From Minisyncoccia bacterium (GTDB lineage Bacteria > Patescibacteriota > Minisyncoccia > Phycocordibacterales > UBA9973), in assembly GCA_044229265.1 (NCBI GenBank), contig JBGATK010000001.1:101776-155491 (forward strand): a DNA stretch of 53,716 bases, read 5' to 3'. Positions 47,101 to 53,323 of the stretch are shown here, piece after piece. Within the stretch, counting starts at the first letter, position 1. Each line of letters starts with the position of its first letter. The notes beneath the pieces are model-generated. The model was not told the origin of the DNA. It saw only the letters and a list, made by a program, of their open reading frames with translations, and did not search any database. The position numbers were made by a program, and so were the translations under genes.

Positions 47101-47421
47101 TACGACTACTGTTACAGACTTGGTCATAGAACCATAGCTGTTTGTACAAGTAAGTACATATGTAGTAGTTGCAGTTAGGGGAGTAGTGTAAAGAGCTCCA
47201 CCATTGGTAGATTTTGCACCAGACCAACCAAGAGATCCCATAGATCCTTGGCAAGCTGTAGCACCAGTCACCGTGTACGAAATAGTAGTGGTGCCATTGT
47301 AAGCAACACTAGTTGGACTAGCACTTATTGTAATATATGGAGCATTTTGCGCTGAAGCAAAAGGTACGCCAAAAGCCAAAGTGGCCAAGAAAACAAAACT
47401 AAAAATTAAATATTTTTTCAT
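44140..47421 (-). CDS. giant cell-surface repeat protein with C-terminal membrane anchor
   Basis: Signal peptide (MKKYLIFSFVFLATLAFGVPFASA from ATG 47421), about nine ~95-aa two-cysteine Ig-like modules, three or four FN3-like modules, a DUF11-like segment, and a final TM helix (LFGWLILLLLILLILLVI). Confidence 0.8.
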   Translation of the reverse strand: MKKYLIFSFVFLATLAFGVPFASAQNAPYITISASPTSVAYNGTTTISYTVTGATACQGSMGSLGWSGAKSTNGGALYTTPLTATTTYVLTCTNSYGSMTKSVTVVVNGNGGGGGGGNQNAPTVSISASPTWVNYNGSSTITWNSTGASTCYASGGSLGWYGNKATSGSFNASSLTSTTTYTITCTNMYGSTPMSTTVNVQTNNPPQQNPTVNLTANPSSINSGNLSNLSWNSTNATYCSSNWGASSTSGSINVYPTTTTTYSITCYSATGQSATGYATVNVQPYNPPVQNPTVNISASPSSLSTGSATNIMWNTTNATSCNASGGSTGWAGVKNPNGGSFFVSSLYATTIYTITCTNATGSATDSVTVNVVSGPNQNPLPSVTISADQIFLPYNGTTYIRWYPTNATACQAYGGANGWAGSKAINGGSFFSGQMTQNATYKIICYNSYGQVEDSVTVAVDAQPVQKPTVNLTADQTSLSYGQGTYLRWSVSNATSCTASGGTNNWSGNKNTSGGSFYTGSLSSGTKTYTLTCTNNSGSATDTISIYVDNQSNQDPTVETNSATNISANSATLNGYLNVNGNTDVVSGFVWGVGSNLTNLTALNTYNSNATLSYYLTGLQENTSYSFQAIAENENGDTVYGQVRTFRTNSNGGGCTYNCGGNNYDRPSVTTYSATDIRENSATLNGYVDNNNGSNTTRWFEYGTNYGALYNSTNHYSQAGNYGNFSERISALSPNTTYYFRAVAQNNNGTAYGNVMSFTTTTQNYYNNCSTYGNCAPQAITTIATNTGTNSARLNGLGVQDTNVTMTGYFEYGLSQNLGQTTISTVIGSINSNSFNASIYSLAPNTIYYYRAVVSTQYGVSRGDIQTFRTNNLIINNNNTTRVINTTRTVVTNTNTGVGLSKPSLVFLTIDKNGEVINIGEEITYNIYYKNVSTKDLRDVVLRVALPKELSFISSSRGYWSEENNNVVVNIGSLFPGEEGSVRVSALVTRNAEIGKITVITANIAYTINEDGSQEEVFAYSKNNIEDNRGVNLTGNALFGAGFWPDSLFGWLILLLLILLILLVIRLIYGRIFPAKTITTNTNTGHTTTTFHH

Positions 47422-47615
47422 ATATTTTTTGATTAAAACCCACGCCAAAGGCGGGGTAAATTGCTAATAAACTTTGATTTATAAAGTTGAAATAGTAAAA
47501 CTCACTTCCACTTATTTCCCAGGGAGTATATCATTTTTTGTTAAAAAAGTCAAGACCTAGCTCAAAAATATAATATCTTAGATATTTATAGTGTATTTGG
47601 AATTTTTGCACAATG

Positions 47616-47687
47616 TGCTCTCGGCAGGAATCGAACCTGCATCATAACTTCCGCAAAGTTACGTCCTATCCATTGAACGACGAGAGC
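47616..47687 (-). tRNA. tRNA-Arg (anticodon GCG)
   Basis: Manual fold: acceptor GCTCTCG/CGAGAGC, D arm GTTC-AATGGATA-GGAC, anticodon stem TAACT/AGTTA with loop TTGCGGA, T arm GCAGG-TTCGATT-CCTGC. Confidence 0.85.
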
Positions 47688-47690
47688 ATG

Positions 47691-47930
47691 TTAATGTATT
47701 TTATTTTTTAAATATCTTCTACCTGCTGCACTTTTCCAATACCTTTCTTTTTTTACTGCCTCATCTCTTTCTTCACATATCTCATAATATATTATTTTAA
47801 AAGGAATGAAAGCTTTGTTCGATTTTGTTATACCCCTATTGTGTTGCTCTAAACGTATTTCCAAATTCTCACAAAACCCTTTGTAATAAAAGTCTGCAAC
47901 TGTGCTTTTTAATACATAAACATAATACAT
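47691..47930 (-). CDS. small GIY-YIG nuclease-family protein
   Basis: MYYVYVLKS...YKGFCENLEIRLEQHN fits the GIY-YIG pattern (Y-x-YVL ... Y-x-G). ATG 47930 is preferred because the upstream 18 codons of the track ORF read through a tRNA-derived repeat and hairpin. Confidence 0.78.
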   Translation of the reverse strand: MYYVYVLKSTVADFYYKGFCENLEIRLEQHNRGITKSNKAFIPFKIIYYEICEERDEAVKKERYWKSAAGRRYLKNKIH

Positions 47931-47935
47931 GTGTT

Positions 47936-47998
47936 GCGTCCTATCCCCGCCCGAACGACTGACATCGTTCAGTCGGGCGGGCATTGAACGACAAGAGC
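47936..47998 (-). pseudogene. partial duplicate of the tRNA-Arg 5' segment, split by a 35-nt G+C-rich hairpin
   Basis: 47937-47946 plus 47982-47998 match tRNA positions 1-27 (47661-47687) at 26 of 27 nt. The insert 47947-47981 folds into a stem of up to 9 bp (cccgcccga / tcgggcggg). Confidence 0.8.
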
Positions 47999-48037
47999 AA
48001 TATTAAAGAGAATAGCAATTTGTAGGAAAAAGTAAAG

Positions 48038-48508
48038 TTATATACCTAGGAACCTTACTATTTTGTCAGCAGTGTGCTCAGTAAATTTTCCTTCTTTTAC
48101 TTTATGTTCTGTAAAGATTTTTTTTATATTCTCCTCTTCGCCTATAGGAAAGGCCATTGAGATGAGAGGAAAGAGCATTCTTTCTGATCTGACTATTAAC
48201 ACTGGTCGGTCTTCGAGTATTGAAAACTCGCTAATGGTTTCGTATAAATATAAAGAATTTTTTATTTTTAATCCTTTGTCATTTAATTCGTAATTAAGCA
48301 TTTCTGGTTTTAAATTTACAGTTTTGCTTAGCATTATTCCGCCTAAAACTAAAATTCCAGCTAAAAAGTAATTTTTAAAAATTATTGCGATTACGCTTCC
48401 AGAGATTACAATAATAGCAAGAGCCCAAAACCAATCAGTTGTTTTTATGTCTTCTTTGTATTCTAAAGATTCCCATGAAATTATTGAGTTTGTATTCATG
48501 TAATACAA
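48038..48508 (-). CDS. membrane protein with two TM helices and a soluble C-terminal domain
   Basis: 156-aa ORF with hydrophobic helices at aa ~27-62. No motif recognised. Confidence 0.5.
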   Translation of the reverse strand: MYYMNTNSIISWESLEYKEDIKTTDWFWALAIIVISGSVIAIIFKNYFLAGILVLGGIMLSKTVNLKPEMLNYELNDKGLKIKNSLYLYETISEFSILEDRPVLIVRSERMLFPLISMAFPIGEEENIKKIFTEHKVKEGKFTEHTADKIVRFLGI

Positions 48509-48546
48509 TTATATAAGAATAAAAAAAGTATGTCTATACTCTTCTT

Positions 48547-48897
48547 TTACCAAGACACAACAATTATTGTAAATAAAAGTAAAATTGCTACAAAATAACT
48601 AGTTTGTTTATTTTTTATTTTTTCTTTTGTGTGTTTTACAAATAAATCTCCGGAAATTCCAATGAGTCCGAGGATGCTGGCTATTCCTAGGATTGGTATC
48701 AACCATTTATTTAAAGGGTTAGAAGGAAATTCCGAATAAAATAAAGTAAAGATAGCTAAAAAAATATAGAGTAAAATTATTATCTCACTTAATATTAAAG
48801 AAAATCCACTGATTCTGTGGAGTATTTTTCTGCCGTGCTTGTTTTTGAGCATAATCAGAATAGCAACAATTGATAGTATTATGTAGATGAAAATCAT
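48547..48897 (-). CDS. small four-helix membrane protein
   Basis: 116 aa, almost entirely hydrophobic helices. Confidence 0.5.
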   Translation of the reverse strand: MIFIYIILSIVAILIMLKNKHGRKILHRISGFSLILSEIIILLYIFLAIFTLFYSEFPSNPLNKWLIPILGIASILGLIGISGDLFVKHTKEKIKNKQTSYFVAILLLFTIIVVSW

Positions 48898-49070
48898 GGG
48901 TCTGTCTTAAGGATGTCTATAATTTTTATTTTTTGTTATATCTGACTATAATTTATGTCAGGTTTTCTGCGGTGTGTATTGGACGAAGTTCGAATGTATT
49001 TCGGACAAAATCCGCAGGATTTTGACGAATGATGCGGACTGCGCCTCGCACGCTCGCTCCGCTCGCGATC

Positions 49071-49174
49071 CCAAAACCAAAAATTTCCTTACAATTCCTC
49101 TTTCGGCGGGGGGTGTGGGGGGAGCCGGCAAAAAATGGAAAGGAAAATTTTTGGTTTTGGTTCCGACGCTTCAT
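49071..49174 (+). repeat. left copy of a ~100-nt palindromic element (G-run on the plus strand)
   Basis: Arms ccaaaaccaaaaatttcctt (49071-49090) and aaggaaaatttttggttttgg (49140-49160) flank ggggggtgtgggggg. The core 49117-49174 is the reverse complement of 53603-53660 at 57 of 58 nt. Confidence 0.9.
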
Positions 49175-49480
49175 TCCTCCAGAAAGGACTTGTATTTATA
49201 TTCTAGCATTGTGGCGATATTTTGTCCGTCCTTTCCTCCGTCATTCGCATCGGTGCGAGGCGCTCTCCGTATCCGCGTCTTGTGGTAGTTCTAGAGTCCG
49301 CTCACACTTCGTAACCACCTCGCATAGGCCGTTCGCATTCGCTCACGATGCCTACTCGGTGTTTGCTTCGTGTTTGCTCTGTGACTTCGTCCGAGCTTGT
49401 CGTAACTCTAAAAAGCGGATTGTGCTGAGGCACAAACAAGTTTATATATGTGCTTGCCCCACCCACCCAATGCGCGCACA

Positions 49481-49505
49481 GAAAACCACCCGCTAACGCG
49501 AGTGG
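49481..49505 (-). terminator. intrinsic terminator of the TM-TIR operon
   Basis: An 8-bp stem (ccacccgc / gcgagtgg, one mismatch), a 4-nt loop, and on the minus strand a following TTTT. It begins 6 nt after the TIR gene stop. Confidence 0.55.
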
Positions 49506-49510
49506 CTCCC

Positions 49511-50179
49511 TTACACCTCTTTTGCTATCTCAAAGTGATCAAGATTGCTTTGATGTTCAGCAACATGATCTAAATGACTATTTATATTCTCAATGAAATC
49601 ACTCCACTTGACTGGGTGAATGTATGAATGATCACCGCCTGTATGGTGTGTTCCTCCACAAGTTGAACAACGAATCAAATTCTTATTATTTCTATTAAAC
49701 ATATTATCACCAAGAATCTTGAAGAGTGAACCAGTATTCCAACTGGTAACACAATTATAGTGATTAACGATATATGAGTAACTACCATTTTCGTCTGGCA
49801 GTGCGACTGCCAACATAGCATTGGTTCCACTCGTTCTGCCATCTCTGGTTATTTCTTTAAGAGAATATGAAATTTCCCATGGAATCCATTGATCATCTTC
49901 GGGCGTTAAAGGATCTCTCATTCCTTTAGAAATCAAAACTATCGTGGTCGAACTATCCCAAATTTTGTCTCTTAAATTTGATGCAATTGTCTCATCCTTG
50001 AAGTTACTCATATCTTCTCCGTCATCCTCACCTTTGTTTATATGATCATTTACATCTAAAAGTGCTTGCAAGGCATCAACATAATGTCGTGCAGTTGTCG
50101 TGTTTAACAAACCAACATTTTGCAATCTTTGTACTTGTGAATCACCGTATTTATAGCTAATAAAAATCTTTCTTGCCAT
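49511..50179 (-). CDS. ThsB-like TIR-domain protein (DUF1863-type)
   Basis: RKIFISYKYGD start, TTIVLIS strand, and WIPWEISYS with a candidate catalytic Glu102. This layout parallels Bacillus ThsB (KRVFFSFHYQD ... RWVRYEI). The C-terminal part carries C-x2-C and a His cluster. Confidence 0.78.
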   Translation of the reverse strand: MARKIFISYKYGDSQVQRLQNVGLLNTTTARHYVDALQALLDVNDHINKGEDDGEDMSNFKDETIASNLRDKIWDSSTTIVLISKGMRDPLTPEDDQWIPWEISYSLKEITRDGRTSGTNAMLAVALPDENGSYSYIVNHYNCVTSWNTGSLFKILGDNMFNRNNKNLIRCSTCGGTHHTGGDHSYIHPVKWSDFIENINSHLDHVAEHQSNLDHFEIAKEV

Positions 50180-50183
50180 ATAT

Positions 50184-50573
50184 TTATAGTATTAAAATAA
50201 TAATATGAACTGCTAATAGTCCACCATAAAATGCGACTAAGGTTCCAGAAGTAGCACAACTAAACCAATTACCGCCATCATTACACGCTTTAGTTTTCAT
50301 TAAAAAATCAATCTCATTTTCAGATTTTTCTGCTGTGCGTTCGTAAAGCTCTCGAAATCTTTTTTCTTGGTCGAGATAGTATCCATCAAGTAACCAGAAG
50401 AGAGTCAAAATTAAAAAAGAGATTAAGACAAAACGGCAATCGAGTTCTTTGAAACTAAATGCGAGTAATGCACCAACAACGGTTATAGCCCATCCTTTTA
50501 AAAGGAAAGAGTTATTTGCCATTCTGTTAATGGCTGTTTGTATAAATTCAAGATGTTTTAATTTTGCTTCCAT
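50184..50573 (-). CDS. 129-aa three-TM membrane protein, candidate effector partner of the TIR protein
   Basis: N-terminal amphipathic helix (LEFIQTAINRMANNSFLLKGW), then helices AITVVGALLAFSF, FVLISFLILTLFWLL and LVAFYGGLLAVHIIILIL. It ends 4 nt before the TIR gene start. Confidence 0.65.
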   Translation of the reverse strand: MEAKLKHLEFIQTAINRMANNSFLLKGWAITVVGALLAFSFKELDCRFVLISFLILTLFWLLDGYYLDQEKRFRELYERTAEKSENEIDFLMKTKACNDGGNWFSCATSGTLVAFYGGLLAVHIIILIL

Positions 50574-50596
50574 AATTTCTGTGGATAATCTATGCT

Positions 50597-50625
50597 TTGC
50601 TTTTCGGCTTTTATTCGGTTATACT
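50597..50625 (+). promoter_or_regulatory. promoter of the LexA-methyltransferase gene in the divergent control region
   Basis: TTGCTT (50597-50602), a 17-nt spacer, then TATACT (50620-50625). This leaves a ~27-nt leader, unlike the leaderless core genes. Confidence 0.5.
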
Positions 50626-50658
50626 AAAATTGTAGCGCAAATAGATTTTTAAAGCAAT

Positions 50659-52239
50659 ATGTCAAACCTTACGAAAAAGCAAAAAGAAGTCTTTGACTTT
50701 ATAAACTCCTACTTATCAGAGAATGGTATCGCTCCAACCATCGAGGAAATACGAAAAAAGCTGAAATTAAAGGCGGTTTCCACTGTTCATGAGCATATCA
50801 ATTCCCTGAGAGAAAAAGGGTATCTTTCAAAATCAGATAATTCAGCAAGAAACCTAACGCCTAAGAAAGAAATTAAATCCGTTATTGAGATTCCTATACT
50901 CGGAAGTATTAAAGCGGGATATCCGTTGCCAGCAATAGAAGAGAGAGACGGTTTTGTTTCTGTTATAAATCCACAAATCAAAACTGCAAACGGACACTAC
51001 GCTCTTCGTGTTGTTGGAGATTCAATGATTGATGACGGCATATTTGACGGAGACATTGTTGTTATTAAACATCAATCAGTTGCAGAAAATGGACAAACTG
51101 TTGTCGCGATAATTGATGACAACGAAGCAACTTTAAAAAGGTTATATAGAAAAGGAAAAGGTTTTGAACTTGTTCCAAGAAATCCTAATATGCCAACCTT
51201 GTTCAGAACTGATGTTGAAGTTAGGGGTGTTGTTGTTCAAGTAATAAGCAATCCTACAAATGAACCGACACAGGAAATTAAAAAGAACAAGACAAAACAT
51301 GGATTTAGGACAATAGATCTTTTTGCCGGTGTTGGTGGTATTCGCATAGGTTTTGAGAATGCAGGTTTTAAGACTGTTTTTGCTAATGACTTTGAGGCTT
51401 TGTGTCGTGATACTTATGATTTGAATTTTCGTGATTCAAAGTTAGTTGTTGAAGATATTAGAAAAATAGGAATTGACGATCTTCCTGAATTTGATTTTCT
51501 TTTAGGAGGCTTTCCGTGCCAAGCGTTTTCAATCGCTGGTTATAGACAAGGATTTAATGATGAGAAAGGAAGAGGAAATCTGTTTTTTGATGTCGCACGA
51601 ATTATAGACAAAAGAAAACCGGAAGGTTTTTTGCTAGAAAATGTAAAAAATTTAAAAAGTCACGATGGCGGAAAAACCTTCAGAATTATTGAAGAAACAT
51701 TGAGAGATCTTGGATACCATGTAAAGACAAAAGTTTTAAACACAATGGAGTATGGCAATGTTCCGCAAAATCGTGAGCGTATTTATATTGTCGGGTTCAG
51801 AAATAAGCTTTACCATGACAGATTTGAGTTTCCAACACCAGTAAAATTAAATGTAAAAATCACAGATTTACTTGAGGAAAATGTGCCTGAAAAATACTAT
51901 TACAATGGGAAGCCTTTGTTCGAAAAATTAAAGGGTTCAGTAAAAGAATATGGGAAAGTTTATCAATGGCGCAGACAATATGTTCGTGAGAATAAAAGTG
52001 GCGTCTGTCCGACATTAACGGCAAATATGGGAATGGGTGGACACAATGTTCCAATTATTAAAGATAAAAAAGGTATAAGAAAATTAACTCCTTTAGAGTG
52101 TTTTAGAATTCAAGGCTTTCCCAAAAATTACAAGCTTCCAAAAATTTCTGATTCTGCACTATACAAACAAGCAGGTAACTCGGTGAGTGTTCCTGTTATT
52201 GAAGCGGTTGCAAAGGAAATGATGAAAGCAATGCAATAA
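50659..52239 (+). CDS. fusion protein: full LexA-type repressor (wHTH + S24 peptidase) joined to a C5 DNA cytosine methyltransferase
   Basis: LexA part: wHTH APTIEEIRKKLKLKAVSTVHEHINSLREKGYL, cleavage site Ala86-Gly87 (GSIKAGYPL), Ser122 (VVGDSM), Lys160 (ATLKRL). MTase part: motif I DLFAGVGG, IV GGFPCQAFS, VI ENVKNL, VIII QNRERIYIVG, IX RKLTPLECFRIQGFP, X GNSVSVPV. One ORF with no internal stop. Confidence 0.85.
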   Translation: MSNLTKKQKEVFDFINSYLSENGIAPTIEEIRKKLKLKAVSTVHEHINSLREKGYLSKSDNSARNLTPKKEIKSVIEIPILGSIKAGYPLPAIEERDGFVSVINPQIKTANGHYALRVVGDSMIDDGIFDGDIVVIKHQSVAENGQTVVAIIDDNEATLKRLYRKGKGFELVPRNPNMPTLFRTDVEVRGVVVQVISNPTNEPTQEIKKNKTKHGFRTIDLFAGVGGIRIGFENAGFKTVFANDFEALCRDTYDLNFRDSKLVVEDIRKIGIDDLPEFDFLLGGFPCQAFSIAGYRQGFNDEKGRGNLFFDVARIIDKRKPEGFLLENVKNLKSHDGGKTFRIIEETLRDLGYHVKTKVLNTMEYGNVPQNRERIYIVGFRNKLYHDRFEFPTPVKLNVKITDLLEENVPEKYYYNGKPLFEKLKGSVKEYGKVYQWRRQYVRENKSGVCPTLTANMGMGGHNVPIIKDKKGIRKLTPLECFRIQGFPKNYKLPKISDSALYKQAGNSVSVPVIEAVAKEMMKAMQ

Positions 52240-53322
52240 CTATTTTATGTATTGCTTTATAGACTCCAACATGACGTCCTCTTTACTAGGTATTCTATCG
52301 ATAACGGACTTATGCATAAAATACTCCTCACCATTATTTGAAGAACGATCTAATAGTTGGAACTTAATAATATAGGTTTTATTTGCTTCCAGAACCACAT
52401 TATTTATAGTGGCTCTACCTGTTGTTGTTATGGTAATAGAGCTTTTACTATTTTTTACAAAATGAATATTTTGAATGTCGTCAATATAAACATCTAGTAT
52501 TTTGTGTTTGTTATTTTTGTCTAACAAATTATTATTCCAACTGTATAAATTGTTACTATTTTTTGTTAGATAATTAGATAAGGGTGTTGTAACTGTGGTG
52601 GTTCTTGCAGTTCTAGTTTCATTTACTTCTTTTACATAAATTGGACTTTCATTTGAGGAGCAAAGAGTTGAAAAAGACATAAAATCTTTTGCTGAACAAA
52701 CTGTTATGAGTTTTAGTGAGCCTAAATCCGTATTCTTTCTATTAATTTTTGTAACGGAAGATAAGTCATTGTTAGCATTAGATTTTATAAAAATACTATC
52801 GTCCATTTTAAGTTTGTTATAAACATCTTCACTGAAGACTGTTTGTTCAAAAAAAGGCAATAAGTAATCGCTATCAAGATTTGTTTCAACCATGACAAGA
52901 TATTTATTGTCGTATCCTTGGTTCCTTAAACTAACCATGTACTGCGCTTTTTTGAAGGATTTTACCTCAATTTGCGGTGCATTATTCAATGCTTGCCATT
53001 TATTTACATATTCAACAAAGGGCTTAGCATCTTGACCAGCTCTTATACCAAGTACATCAGGGGCTATGCCTGATTTCTTTGGGTCATACTCATAATAGTC
53101 AGAAATGACAGATAGATTATTTGCTATTTTGGGCAAAAAATATTTGTTGAAAATTACACTTTCGGGAATTATATTTATCCAACGATCAAAAACCCCTCCA
53201 ATATAATCACTTTTTCCACTAAGACCCCCATACATCCTACCTCGTTGAGCCATTGAGCACACAAAATAGATGTACGGAACAACATCTTGCTTAGTAATTA
53301 TAATTTCGTGGTTATGATTCAT
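52240..53322 (-). CDS. putative type II restriction endonuclease (PD-ExK)
   Basis: APDVLGI ... QIEVKSFK gives a PD-(x)n-E-x-K arrangement. The gene is convergent and abutting the methyltransferase gene (the stops are adjacent), and is preceded by a C-protein gene with a 1-nt gap. Confidence 0.6.
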   Translation of the reverse strand: MNHNHEIIITKQDVVPYIYFVCSMAQRGRMYGGLSGKSDYIGGVFDRWINIIPESVIFNKYFLPKIANNLSVISDYYEYDPKKSGIAPDVLGIRAGQDAKPFVEYVNKWQALNNAPQIEVKSFKKAQYMVSLRNQGYDNKYLVMVETNLDSDYLLPFFEQTVFSEDVYNKLKMDDSIFIKSNANNDLSSVTKINRKNTDLGSLKLITVCSAKDFMSFSTLCSSNESPIYVKEVNETRTARTTTVTTPLSNYLTKNSNNLYSWNNNLLDKNNKHKILDVYIDDIQNIHFVKNSKSSITITTTGRATINNVVLEANKTYIIKFQLLDRSSNNGEEYFMHKSVIDRIPSKEDVMLESIKQYIK

Positions 53323-53323
53323 G

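Noticed and set aside
48953-49496. Three overlapping ORFs (73, 104 and 155 aa) in the G+C-rich stretch
   Set aside because: They overlap each other on both strands and read through the palindromic repeat. Their Arg/Pro/Cys-rich low-complexity translations are typical of non-coding G+C-rich DNA. I treat the stretch as structured non-coding sequence.
49170-49500. RNase P RNA, because of ACAGAAAACC near 49478 and an AGAAAGGAC segment near 49181
   Set aside because: The universally conserved GAGGAAAGUCC block and a matching P4 partner are not present on either strand.
50580-50588. Perfect DnaA box (TTATCCACA) in the island control region, considered as a sign of a second origin
   Set aside because: It is a single isolated box with no AT-rich unwinding element or box cluster. 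It is probably coincidental or at most a regulatory site, and the real origin signals flank dnaA.
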